Source: Felis catus (lineage: Eukaryota). Taken from it: a stretch of DNA of 64,000 nucleotides. Both the position numbers and the translations under genes were made by a program. Each line of letters opens with the position of its first letter. Positions within the stretch are counted from its first letter, which is position 1. The stretch is from the NCBI RefSeq assembly GCF_018350175.1, contig NC_058368.1, positions 220,412,001 to 220,476,000 of the forward strand. The letters run 5' to 3'. This document shows positions 51,160 through 63,662 of this stretch, in pieces. Under the pieces are notes generated by a model. The model worked only from the letters and a program-made list of their open reading frames with translations. It had not been told where the DNA came from and made no database searches.

Positions 51160-51620
51160 TACAGAAGATGCATGGGATTTGCAGTAAGTGAACTTATGTT
51201 TAAATCCCCATCCTTGGGCGCCTGGGTAGCTCAGTCGGTTAAGCATCTGACTTCGGCTCAGGTCATGATCTAGCAGTCCGTGAGTTCGAGCCCCGCGTCA
51301 GGCTCTGTGCTGACACCTCAGAGCCTGGAGCCTGTTTCCAGTTCTGTGTCGCCCTCTCTCTCTGACCCTGCCCCATTCATGCTCTGTCTCTCGCTGTCTC
51401 AAAAATAAATAAACGTTAAAAAAAATTTTTAAAAATCCCTATCCTGCCTTTTATCAATGGTGTCTTTGAAAGGTTTTAAAAAAATCTTTCTGAACCTCAG
51501 CTTGACCTGGAAGATAGAAATGTTAAAATACCTATCTCAAAGATTATCATTGAGGATCAAAAAATCTATTAGTGTTAAGTGAGTGTGAAATTTCTATTTT
51601 GTAGCCATCGGTATTGTTTG
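51160..51620 (+). mobile_element. MIR interrupted by a CAN-SINE
   Basis: tttaaatccccatcct[SINE]gcc...tctttctgaacctcag...aatacctatctcaaagatt...tgaggatcaaa. Confidence 0.7.
51216..51432 (+). mobile_element. CAN-SINE, well-preserved SINEC_Fc type
   Basis: CpG-rich body, intact A/B boxes (gagttcgagccc), gagcctggagcctgtttc; TSD aaatccccatcct / aaatccctatcct. Confidence 0.97.
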
Positions 51621-52856
51621 CGACAGTACTGAAGACTGAGAGCAACAGTTAGAGCACATGGAGGCTATAAATGTAGAAGCATATTTCAGGAAGTTTGACA
51701 TTTATAGGGAGGAAAAAGTCTATTTAAGTTAAGTGGGGCAGGTTGGAGGTTGGGGTTCCAGTAGTTTTAAGTTACTGTGCAAGGCAAGTATTTAAAGCAG
51801 TAGGAAACTTCTTTGCATAAATCACCAAGACCAAGAAGTACTGCATGCCATTTACATTTGTTAATCAGCAGATACTCAGAGTTTAAACTGCCATAGATAA
51901 TACAGCATGCAAAACAGTTAACATACCCCTACCTAAATACACTACTCTGAGCTTAATCATGCTATTTAATTGCCAAGCTTAATTTGAAAATAATTGTTCA
52001 CAGCAATTAAGTAAATGCCCCAATTTCATTAACAGACTTTCTAATTAGAACCTACAACATAAAAGTGCTAATGTTGCTTCATTAGCTTTGATTTACTGTT
52101 TCTAATACTACCTTTTTTTATTATTCACTTCTTCAAATCTGAAACTATGTTTTAGGGTTAATTATGTTTGGTTCTTGTAAATATCAAGGGATAATTATTC
52201 CAGGATTAAAGTATAGAAATATATTAAAATTTCATTTTAACTTTTCACATTAAACACATATTGGGATCAACATTTTAAAAACCTCCTTATTGTAGAATAG
52301 TTTAAAGCAATTAGTGAGAATTGCATTTGGCTTGAATCGTAAGCAAACAGGTTTTTCAAAATTGAATATGCTCCTTCACATATGGTATCTGATTGTAAAA
52401 GAGAACAGTTAAAAAAAATTGGATTGTTACATAGCTCACTATTGCAACTTTCTTAAATTGGCAATTGAAGGAACTGAAAGGTGACTTAGGTTAGTAATAT
52501 TTTAATCTAAGATAGCACCCTTAAAATCCTCAAATATATTCACTATTGTCTTTTAATGAAAAACAGGGACTTGGTTAATTTTTCTCTTCTGGTTTCTGTC
52601 TTTGCCAAATGAAAAGAACTTGGCTATATTTTCAAGCAATACTATTAAAAGCATGATTACATCAAAGCATTAAAAAATGCACTGATTCCTTAACTTGGCA
52701 CTAAGATGCCAAGGCAAGCATTTAAAGCCAAAGGAAACCTCAAGAATCAATAGGTTCTGATAATAGGGGAAACTTGAACATTATTAGTAGGGTTGTAGTT
52801 GTAGAGTGAGAGAAGTAGAGCTCAGAGATTCTCTTGTCCAACTCCATTGCATATGG

Positions 52857-52888
52857 GTGTGTGTGTGTGTGTATGTGTGTGTGTGTGT
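52857..52888. repeat. (GT)n microsatellite
   Basis: Directly visible. Confidence 0.93.
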
Positions 52889-53029
52889 AGTATATCCATC
52901 CTCTACTATATAATAGTCTACAACATGTGGGATACCAGGCTAAGTTACTAATTCCTGAGATACTGCAATAAATTGTCCTGTGTGGTTGTCACACTATCAT
53001 GTATATTGACATGAAATGAGTGACTACAA

Positions 53030-53770
53030 TAACTGATTCTGATGCTTGTTTAGTTTCTTCAAACTGTGTTTGTTGTCTTTAGTATGCATTGTAATTTTTT
53101 GTTGCTAAAAGGCAGACATGATATGCTGGGTAAAAGGAACTGCAGTAAATAGGTTTTTAGTAATTTAGTGATAGGTATGGGGGGAGAGCAAGCATTCTTA
53201 AGTCCTATAATTAGAGATCAGTCTTTTGGTGAACCTGGGCCTTAGGCTGTGAGTTTTACCAATGCTTCTCCTTTGGATCATTCTCCTTAATTGGGAGACA
53301 GGATGACTGGAAGGGGCTGGAATTGGGTATTTCCCTTTCCACAGTTGGTTCAATTCTGATAAAACCCCAGCAGGTTAGGATCTGGTAAACTAGTTTCTCC
53401 TCAGGGCAGACCTTTTTAAGAACAGAATCCTCTGGAGTATTTCAAAGTGGTTCCTTTTACCTTCCCTCTGCCAGAAGCAAGAGATTTTTCTCTAGAGCCA
53501 CACTGAGGACCTTGTAGAGCTCCAGGAGATAAAACTAACAATGTATGGCATCCCCCAATGACTGAGTCTCCCTGGATGTTTCATGGTCAGACTTGTGCAC
53601 AGTGAACCTCCAATAATTCATCAATTAGAGTTTAGGGTTTCCTATTCCAGCACTGGTTCCTGTAGAAGCTTCTCTGTGTGAGTTTCTCCTCAGGTCAGTT
53701 TTGATTTTCTATATCTCCCTATCTGTCTCTCCAATTTTTGGGACAGCAGTCTGCTATGGTTTTACTTCAT
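53030..53770 (-). mobile_element. Ancient L1 (L1MC/MD-type) 5' region
   Basis: ttctgatgcttgtttagtttcttcaaactgtg...gggtaaaaggaactgcagtaaatagg...tagtttctcctcagggcagacct. Confidence 0.7.
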
Positions 53771-54109
53771 GCTAAACCTAAGAATCATCAATATTGTTTA
53801 GTTTGTCCAGTTTCACCTGCCATTGGGATGGAGTGATGTTGCTAAGCTCCTTACGTGCCAGATTGTAAATTAGGGGTCCATATTCTAAATTTAAAATCTC
53901 TGCATAAACTCTAAAAGAGAGCAAGGAGGAAGTCAGGGAGGAATCATGATTTATGTTACATGCTAAGAATGGCTGACAGTGACTCAAAAGAATCGATCAT
54001 ACCCATCTCTTCCAAACTCTAATTTCAGTGATATCATAGAAGTTGCTTGAAATTGATCAAAAGTACTTATTATTTGCAGAAAGTGATTTATGCTACATAC
54101 CCCCCGACT

Positions 54110-54123
54110 CGCGCGCGCGCGCG

Positions 54124-54168
<45 letters not shown>
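54110..54168. repeat. (CG)11(CA)18 alternating purine-pyrimidine tract
   Basis: Directly visible. Confidence 0.97.
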
Positions 54169-54171
<3 letters not shown>

Positions 54172-54234
54172 ATGTAATGGAATGCTTGAAGGTTCTCAGT
54201 GATCAGCATTCAGGGAAACAAACTGATCTGTTAT

Positions 54235-54830
54235 CATCTGCATTGTAATCTTTCAATTCCAAGTGACATAGAATTCAGTGCAATCAGGTTTAAGCAGAAA
54301 ATACTATTGGTTCAAAAACGTAAAGATCTGTAGTTGGTTCTAGTTTCAGATACCAGCACATTCAGGACTCAAACTTTGTCATCACAGCACCATTTCTGTG
54401 ATTTTGTAAACTTTGGCTCCTATGGTGTATTCTTTCTACAGTGGCCCAGCAGATCAATGTTCCTGCCTCCTGGGTTCAGAGCTGGCATGCAAAGAAAGCT
54501 TTTCTTTGTGATAAATAACAGTCCCAGGTATCACTCTGATTGGACCAACTTAGGACAACATTACTTGACTGAACCAGTCATTCGTGTGTGTGTGTGTGTG
54601 TGTGTGTTGTGTACGGGCGCGCATGTGTGTGTATTTGCAGAGATTGAAATGCGCTGGATAATTGGATGGAATCATGCACTTCACACTTGGGGCTAGAGAT
54701 ATCGTCCCACTTATGGCTCAGAACCATACTGTGTACAGAAGAATGGCCCTACAAGAATATTTCAGGTACATCACCAGCAGCAACATGTGATGTGATCATG
54801 GAAGGAAAAGACACAACGGATGCTTACTAT
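54235..54830 (-). mobile_element. Old MaLR LTR (MLT1J/K/L-like)
   Basis: caagtgacatagaattc...ggtttaagcagaaa...caggactcaaac...ctctgattggaccaacttagg...tgaaccagtca. Confidence 0.65.
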
Positions 54831-56151
54831 TTCCTACAATAAAGCAAACATAAGAGAAAGTAGACATAAGACATAAGAGAAAAGTCTCCCTTTAAAGCAG
54901 AAACAAATTGAGCTGTGCTAACCTCTCCAAGAATTTTGTTGAAGTATCTTTAAGGAGGATAATTACTAGTGTGGCATTTGAATTATTTCCTATTTTGGCC
55001 CTAAATAGAACTCTTGCCAAAATGTAAAGATATGGGAGTTATGGAAGATTGAGACTTTGGTACAAAATAATAATGCTGGAAGTAATAAAACCATGGCTTT
55101 CAGGTCCTCATTAGGGAAGTGTGCATCTGGTGGGAGAAGGCTGTCTCCATCAGCAGACATTACTGCTTGATATCAGTGGGGTACTCTGACTCTCCCCTAG
55201 TGCCTCCAGACAGCAGCAAACACCAAAGTTGCTACAAAAGCCATCTGATAGTATCCATATTTCTTGAGGTTGCAGCAGTGGTTGCCAGTGGGGGAGTTGT
55301 GGGGTACTGTCTCTTGAAAAGAACTCATGTAGGTCTGAGCCGGAAATAGCATCTCAGAAAGGAATGAACTTGAGAGAGGGGCACCGGGAGGTGGAGAGCA
55401 CTGCCTCTGTGCCCCACATCCTGCTTGTCCTTCCCCCCAGGCTTCCAGAGCAGTTGCAGGTAAAAAGGTAAATCCAGGCTAGGGATTTTGGCTCCAGTCC
55501 AGAACAAAACAGAAAAACAAATAATTTACTAAGTCAGAGTTCCATTTCCAATTAAACATATATAAAATTAAGTAAGTTCCATGTCTTTTAATGTGTAGGT
55601 ACTATATTTAGTTATTTATGATGTTAAATGAAATCTGTGCTCTACATGAGTGAATTGTGTTAAATATAATTTTTGAGGAATTGTATTAGAAATGAGTTGG
55701 ACGCACGCCACTTTATCAACACGTTATTTTTTTTTAATGCTCTGTTTCATTTCTTTCCTTTGGCTGTCTTAACAAGTGGCAATTAAACACTTTCATTTTG
55801 TATACTCAATGATTTCTGCATTCCACAAATGTTTGGGAATCAAATTTTAAATTGGTCTCACTAAGAACTTTTAATGCAATTTTTAGAAGTTGATTTCACA
55901 ATAGATTACTTTTTTTTCTTATTTCCAAAAGTATGGTTCCTGAAAATCAAACATTCTGAAGCTGATTTTTTATTTATTTTTTTTATTTTATTGTTTGAAT
56001 TTACATCCAAGTTAGCTAGCATATAGTGCAATAATGATTTCAGGAGTAGATTCCTTAATGCCCCTTATCCATTTAGCCCATCCTCCCTCCCACAACCCCT
56101 CCAGTAACCCTCTGTTTGTTCTCCATATTTAAGAGTCTCTTATGTTTTGTC

Positions 56152-58415
56152 TCTATAGTTCTCAGTGTATAGATTTTTCACCTCTTTGGTTAGATTTATT
56201 CCTAGGTGTTTTGTCGTTTTTAGTGCAAGTGTAAGTGGGATCGATTCCTTGATTTCTCTTTCTGTTGCTTCATTTTTGGTGTATAGAAATGCAACTGATT
56301 TCTGTGCATTTTTATATCCTGCAACTTTGCTGAATTCATGAATCAATTCTAGCAGTTTCTGGTGGAATCTTTTGGGTTTTCCATGTAGAGGATCATGTCA
56401 TCTACAAAGAGTGATGTTTGACCTCCTTCTGGCCGATCTGGATGCCTTTTATTTCTTTGTGTTGTCTGATTGCAGAGGCTAAGACTTCCAATACTATGTT
56501 AAATAACAGTGTTGAGAGTGGACATCCCTGTCTTGTTCCTGACCTTAGGGGGAAACTCTCAGTTTTTCCCCATTGAGGATGATGTTAACATTGGGCCTTT
56601 CATATATGGCTTTTATGATCTCGAGATATGATCCTTCTCTCCCTACTTTCTTGAGGGTTTTTTCAAGAAAAGATGTTGTATTTTGTCAAATGTTTTCTCT
56701 GCATCTATTGAGAGGATCATATGGTTCTTGTCCTTTCTTTTACTGATGTGATGAATCATGTTGATTTTTTTGTGGATATTGAACCAGCCCTACATCCCAG
56801 GTATAAATCCCACTTGGTCATGGTGAATAATTTTTTAATGTATTGTTGGATCCAGTTGGCTAATACCTTGTTGAGGAATGAAGGTAATGTTGGTTTCATA
56901 GAAAGAGTTTGGAAGTTTTCCTTCCATTTCTAATTTTTGCAACAGCTTAAGATAATAGGTGTTGACACCTCCTTAAATGTTTGGTAGAATTCCCCTGGAA
57001 AGCCATCTGGCCCTAGACTCTTGTTTTTTGGGACATTTTTGACTACTAATTCAATTTCTTTACTGGTTATGGGTCTGTTCAAATTTTCTATTTCTTCCTG
57101 TTTCTGTTTTAGTAGTGTATATGTTTCTAGGGATTTGTCCATTTCTTCCAGATTGCCTATTATATTGGCGTATAATTGCTCATAAGATTCTCTTATTATT
57201 GTTTTTATTTCTGCTGTGTTGGTTGTGATCACTCCCCTCTCATTCTTGATTTTATTTATTTGGGTCCTTTCCTTTTTCTTTTTGATCAAACTGGCTAGTG
57301 GTTTATCAATTTTGTTAATTCTGGTTAACCAGCTTCTGGTTTCCTTGAACTGTTCTACTGTTTTTTTGGTTTTGATAGCATTAACTTCTGCTCTAATCTT
57401 TATTATTTCCTATCTTCTACTGGTTTGGGGTTTTATTTGTTGTTCTTTTTCCAGCTCTTTAAGGCATAAGGTTAGTTTGTGTATCTGAGATCTTTCTTAT
57501 TCTTTAGGAAAGCCTGGATTGCTATATAATTTCCTTTTATGAACACCTTTACTGTGTCCCAGAGGTTTTAGGTTGTGTTGTTATCATTTTAATTGGCTTC
57601 CATGAAATTTTTAATTTTCTCTTTCACTTCTCAGTTAGCCCATTCATTCTTTAGTAGGATGTTCCTTAGTCTCCAAGTATTGTTACCTTTCCAAATTTTT
57701 TCTTGTGGTTGATTTTGAGTTTCAGAGCATTGTGGTCTGAAAATATGCACTGTATGATCCTGAGATTTTTGTACTTGTTGAGGGCTGATTTGTGTCCCAG
57801 TATGTGGTCTATTCTGGGGAATGTTCCATGTGCACTAGAGAAGAATGTATATTCCACTGCTTTAGCATGAAATGTTCTGAATATATCTGTTAAGTCCACC
57901 TGGTCCCGTGTGTCATTCAAAGCCATTGTTTCCTTGTTGATTTTTTGATTAGATGATCTGTGCATTGCTGTGAGTGGGGTGTTGAGATCCCCTACTATTA
58001 TGGTATTACTATCAATGAGTTTCTTTATGTTTGTGATTAACTGATTTATAATCTTGGGTGCTCCCACACTTGGCACATAAATGTTTACAATTGTTAGGTT
58101 TTCTTGGTGGATAGACCCCTTCATTATGATATAATGATCTTCTGCATCTCTTGATACTGTCTTTACTTTAAAGTCTAGATTGCCTGATAATATGGCTACT
58201 CCAGCTTTCTTTTGTTGACCATTAGCATGAAAGATGGTTCTCCATCCCCTTACTTTCAATATGAAGATGTCTTTAGGTCTAAAGTGGGCATCTTGTAAAC
58301 AGTATATAGATGTATCTTGTTTTCTTATCCATTCTGTTACCCTATGTCTTTTGATTGGAGCATTGAGTCCGTTGACAGTTAGAGTGAATACTGAAAGATA
58401 TGAATTTATTGCCAT
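56152..58415 (-). pseudogene. L1 ORF2 (endonuclease plus RT), frameshifted and C-terminally deleted
   Basis: MAINSYLSVFTLTVNGLNAPIKRHR...GDLNTPL...SDHN endonuclease; [22 protein letters not shown] in place of FADD at ~56397-56408. Confidence 0.95.
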
Positions 58416-58463
58416 TATGTTGCTTGTAGAGTTGGAGTTTTTGGTGGTGTTCTCTGGACCTTT

Positions 58464-59393
58464 CTAATCTTTGTTGCTTTGGTCTTTATTTTATTTTTTC
58501 ATCTTTTCTCCCTTCAGAGAGTCCCCCTTAAAATTTCTTGTGGGGCTGGTTTAGTGGTCACAAACTCCTTTAATTTTTGTTTGTCTCAGAAACTTTTTAT
58601 CTCTCCTAGTTGGAATGACAGCCTTGCTGGATAAAGAATTCTTAGCTGCATGTTTTTTTCTGATTTAGCACGTTGAATATATCCTGCCACTCCTTTCTGG
58701 CCTGCCAAGTTTCTGTGGATAGGTCTGCTGCAAACCTGATCTGTCTTCCCTTGTAGGTTAGGGACTTTTTTTCCCTTGCTGCTTTCATGATTCTCTCCTT
58801 GCCGGATCATTTTGTGAATTTGACTATGATATGCCTTGTTGATGGTCAGTTTTTGTTGAATCTAATGGGAGTCCTCTATGTTTCCTGAATTTTGATGTCT
58901 GTGTCTTTCCCCAGGTTAGGAAAGTTTTCTGCTATGATTTGCTCACATGATCTTCTACCCCTATTTCTCTCTCTTCCTCTTCTGTAACCCCTATGATTCT
59001 GATGTTGTTCCTTTTTAATGAGTCACTAATTTCTCTAATGCTTAAGTCATGCTTTTTTTCCTTAATCTCCCTCTTTTTTTTCTGCTTCATTATTCTCCAT
59101 AAGTTTGTCCTCTATATCGCTGATTCTCTGTTCTGCCTCATCCATCCTTGCTGCTGTGACCTCCACTCGAGACTGCAACTCAGTTATAGCATTTTTTATT
59201 TCATCCTGACTGGCTTTTACTTCTTTTATCTCTGCAGAAAGGGATTGCAATCTATTTTCGACTCCAGCTAGTATTCTTATTATCGTAATTCTAAATTCTG
59301 GTTCAGACATCTTGCTTGTATGTGTGTTGGTTGTGTCCCTGGCTGTCATTTTTTGTGCTCTTTCTTTTGGGGTGAATTCCTTCATTTTGTCAT
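58464..59393 (-). pseudogene. L1 ORF1, disrupted
   Basis: ATG at 59393 followed by an early TGA; coiled-coil EIKNAITELQSR...RISDIEDK and LRILYPARLSF fragments. Confidence 0.93.
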
Positions 59394-59779
59394 TTTTAAG
59401 GGAGAAAAGGAATTAATGAGGTAGAAAAAATTAACATTAAAAATATTAAAATTTAAAAAATATTACAACTAAAAAATTGAAAACAAATACACACACACAC
59501 AAAATCGAAAAAATGATGCTAGATCCTAGGTATGTTTTGGTCTGTGTTGCAAGTGGATTCATAGATTAGAGAAAAAAGGGGAAAAAATTAAAAAGGAAAT
59601 CGTTTGAAAATTTGAAAAAATGAATACACTGAAGTAGACTAAAATGGAATGATGGAAGTAAAATAGAATTTGACAAATTTACACAAAAGAAAAAATATAG
59701 TAGAAAAAATTAAAGAAAAATATATTTAATAAAAAATGAAAATAAAAATGAATTTTTTCTCTTTCTGTATTCAAGAATA

Positions 59780-59837
59780 AGAAAAGAAACAAAAAAGAGA
59801 AAAAGGAAAAGAAAGAAAGAAAGAAGAAAGAAAGAAA

Positions 59838-59889
<52 letters not shown>
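59780..59889. repeat. (GAAA)n microsatellite in the L1 5' UTR
   Basis: Directly visible. Confidence 0.96.
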
Positions 59890-61404
59890 CATGGACCAGC
59901 TAACAGACTGAAATACGACTGAAATTACTTCATTTTCCCCTAGAAGTCAAACCCTGTAGTCCTTTATAGTCCATAAATTAAGCAGGCAGTGAGACTTATG
60001 TTCTTGAAGAGCGAGGTTGACCCAGTTGCACATGGCTTAGTGTAATGGCTTTGTTCTCCACTAGATGGCACTGCTAGCCTACTGGGGTGGATTGTTGTGG
60101 GGATTGTAGGTGAGTATGCACATGCGCAGGAACAGTGAAAATGGGGCCACCCATGTACCCAGTCTCTAGTATCAGGGCTCTGTTCTCCCCAGTCAGCAAT
60201 CAAGCACCCATCCTTTGTCTTCGGCTTCTGTCCACTCCCTGCTTTTACACAGTCTATGACCAAGCCCGAGGCAACACCTCCCTCCCGAGTTTTGTCTCAG
60301 ATGTGGCTGTTTTCCTGGCCCCTTTCTTCTGAGGGACTGCAGCTTTGACCCTTTGTGCCCTCTGCAGAGGGTCTCACGAAGCAATAGCCAGGTGCCAGCT
60401 GCACCCTGGATTGTTTGCAAGACTGTGTTGCCACCGACGCCCATTGACTGCAGCCGGGTGCCAGCCCACCCCAGAAAAAGTCCATGGGACAGTGCAGCAG
60501 CAATTTTTCAGGGATTGTGGAAAATCACAACACACATCTGGCACCAGGCTTCATCCTCAATGACCTTATTCCAGCACCAGCAAATGTGGCTGTTCTCTGG
60601 GGTCTACTGGGCCCAGATGGCCTCACAGCCTCTACCAAATGTCCTTCCAGCAGTGGAACCGCTTCTCCTGTGTGGCCTGAGAAACTCCCGGACCCCACTC
60701 TGCTCCTGGGGGTTTGCCCTTCCCACCAGAGTACTGCCAGGTATTGAGCTGTGGAGTTTCAGACTCTGTGCTCCCCCTGTTTACAGTCTTAATGGAATTT
60801 AAACTCTCTCCTTCTCCCTTTTTAGTTCAGTCCCTGTGGCTGTTTCCACTCTTCTACTTTCTCTCCAGCTGTTTTGTGAGGAGGGTGTTTTTCCCATATT
60901 CTCCCCCCTGCCCCCATCTCCATCTTCTCTCTACATGCAAAAGCAGCTCGTTGCCCTCCATGGCTTCTCTCTCTCCCCAGTTCACTTCTCCATGCTGCAT
61001 ACCTGCTGAATTCTGTGGTTCAGGTTGTGCAGATTGTTGTGCTAATCCTCAAATCAGTTTTCTAGATGTGCGGGATGGTTTAGTGTTGGTCTGGCTGTAT
61101 TTCATGGACACGAGACACACAAAAAACTTCCATGCTGTTCCACCATCTTGGCTCCTTCCCGCTGAAACTGACTTTTAATTAAACCTTCTTTAGATATGCC
61201 TCTGTGTCCTACCATGTCCAAGCTGAAATTATCACTACTTAATATATGTCTCTATTAACGCTTCAATTACAATTATATCCATCCCCTGAGAATAGAATTC
61301 AAAATTAATGTTATTTTCACAATGATAAATATATGGTGAACAAAGGACTTAGCAGATTAAGAATAATTGACTTTACTTGTGAACTTGTATTATGATATAT
61401 ATTG

Positions 61405-61640
61405 AGGCACCTGTGTGGCTCAGCCAGTTGAATGGCCAACTGTTGATTTCAGCTCAGGTCATGATCTCATGGTTCATAGGATCAAGCCCAGTGTTGGGCT
61501 CTGTGCAGACACTGCAGAGTCTGCTTGGGATTCTCTATCTTCCCCTACTTATGTGCTCTCTCTTTCCATATGCCCCTCCCTTGCTTATGCTTGCTCTCTC
61601 TCAAATTAAAAACAATAAACATTAAAAAACATTTAAAAGT
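61405..61640 (+). mobile_element. CAN-SINE
   Basis: ggcacctgtgtggctcagccagttg head, gctcaggtcatgatctc, CT-rich tract, A tail. Confidence 0.94.
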
Positions 61641-62094
61641 AAAATATATACTAAATTATGGAGACGTTTAGGAAGAATTTAAATTTAAAGGCATCAGTTA
61701 ATTACAATGGAATAATTACGAAAAAGACAATGACTACAGAAAAAAAAATACAATCTGAGCTACAACATGAACTCCTATTAGATGAAAATGTGAATTAAGT
61801 CCACTTTGTAGAAAAATTTTTAAAATAACCTTATATGAAGAATACCTGATAAATAAGTTGTTTAGCACAATTAAAAATAGCCTAATTTGGTATTGAAAAT
61901 GGCTCTAATGATACAGGGATTTTCTCTACATGGAGTTGAAATCTGGCACATATATTTGGCTTCATGGGCATTTGAGGGATATAGAATTGGTTTTGTGATT
62001 GTTGTTTTCTATCCCCAGGTGATACAAGAAATGAAATGAGACTCTTCTAATAATGGAAGTTTTAGTTAAGGAAAATAACATCCCATAAATATAT

Positions 62095-62310
62095 GTAAGT
62101 CTGCAACGTTTTTCTATAAAGGTACAATTAATAAACATTTTAGGTATGGTGAGTTAAATCATCTCTGTCACAACTATTCACCTCTGCCACTGCAAGTCAA
62201 GATGGTCAAAGACAATATTTAAATGAATGGGCATACTTTGTTCTAATAAAATATTATTTACAAAAAATTGTGGCAGGTATGTCTACAGTCCTCACTTTGC
62301 CAATGTTTGT
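62095..62310. mobile_element. MER58A hAT MITE
   Basis: gtctgcaacgtttttctataaagg...ctctgtcacaactattcacctctgcc...aaatgaatgggc...ttctaataaaa. Confidence 0.8.
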
Positions 62311-62744
62311 ACCAACATCAGTCTGTATCCTTTCTAGGGAAAGACTAAACATTCTAAAGTCTGCTGAAGAATGAACATTGATTACTTTATTCCATTAACC
62401 TTGAATCGCTTTATTATTACTGCATCTTTTAAAGTTCTTTTGAGTGTTTTGCTCTGAGAATAAAATTGGCATTGTCTTATTGGAATTTTAGTTACACTTA
62501 CATAATTGCAGTAAATTTACATTTAAGATGTGGTATTACATTTTCTAAGGGTAAGACCAACTACGACATGATAGAAGATGACAATAAGGAAAAATATCTG
62601 GACAACTTTTCATGAAAAGAACTTGTTGAAAATATTATAACTTGTTAGTTTAACAAAGCAATTAAAATAAATAATTTCAACTTCCTTTAATAAAGTGTTT
62701 AATGGGCATAAGATAAGGCAATGTAGATCTTCATCAATAAAAAA

Positions 62745-63088
62745 AGCCTTGCTAGTCCGTGGTCCTTTGGCTCCCAGATGAGTTCCTCACGCTTTCCTGG
62801 TCCAGCTCTCTATCCTGAGATGGGAGATCCTCACAGCTAAACTTTCCAAACTCTCAGGCCAGCTGGTTATTTTGGGGTTTAGCAAGGAAGATAGATTACT
62901 TGCTGCATGGTTTTGCCACAATTGATCTCTTTCCTTTGATCCTCTAGTTGCTTCTGATCTTTGTGTTACATCATTTCCCTCTGTTTGGCTTGGACCTTAC
63001 ATAACCAGAGCAACAAATTCCCTGCATTAAATTCCCACTGTTTCAATTATTTTCTCTGTTATTTCCTAAGAAGCTTCTGATCCACACA
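62745..63088 (+). mobile_element. ERVL LTR (LTR33-like)
   Basis: 3' end aacaaattccctgcattaaattcccactgtttcaa...ctgatccacaca. Confidence 0.6.
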
Positions 63089-63443
63089 CACAAAAAGTGG
63101 TAAAATATCTAGTTAGGCATAGTTCCATATTTATATCTGGTTTCATATAACTCAACATAGCAAAAAACTATTTTTTCACTAGAGCCAAATGAACTGTTTA
63201 AATTAAGTTAATTTGTGATTGTGCTAAATAGCTTAATTATCTGGAAATGTTTTAAAACTTTTATATACTTTTCTACCTGGTGGGTTTAGTTAATGATGAC
63301 CTGCATGAGAAGCATAGATTTTATATAAACTCTTATTAAGCATTGTAAAATTTACCATAAAAATAAAGAAATTTACTTGAAGTTTATAAAATTATCCCTA
63401 TATCCTTTTCCATTTCCAGTTTAATGTGAAAAAATCAATTTCT

Positions 63444-63662
63444 TGGGGTGCCTGGGTGGCTCAGTAGGTTAACCATCTAACTCTTGGTTTTGGCTCAGGT
63501 CATGATCTCACAGTTTTGTGAGTTTGAGCTCTGCATCGGGCTCTGTGCTGACAGTGCAGAACCTGCTTGGGATCCTCTCTCTGTCTGTCTCTCTCCTTCT
63601 TCCCTCCCTCCCTCTATCTCTTTCAAATAAATAAACACACTTTAAAAATAAAAATAAAAAAT
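63444..63662 (+). mobile_element. CAN-SINE
   Basis: ggggtgcctgggtggctcagtagg head, (CT)n, A tail. Confidence 0.96.

Larger units (their letters stand above)
55972..61160 (-). mobile_element. Feline-type LINE-1, 5'-complete with poly(A) and TSD, internally deleted
   Basis: 5' end ggaaggagccaagatgg..., ORF1 and ORF2 remnants, 3' UTR and poly(T) on + strand; TSD ctgaagctgattttt (55956) / ctgaaactgactttt (61162). Confidence 0.97.

Noticed and set aside
59964..61178. Several 70-150 aa ORFs in the L1 5' UTR (ORF0-like?)
   Set aside because: GC-richer UTR sequence gives overlapping ORFs in many frames; ORF0 is described for primate L1, and no motif supports these
175..63662. tRNA-like heads with A/B boxes and recurrent MAQSVK... 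ORFs
   Set aside because: These are CAN-SINEs with CT tracts, A tails and TSDs, not tRNA genes or proteins
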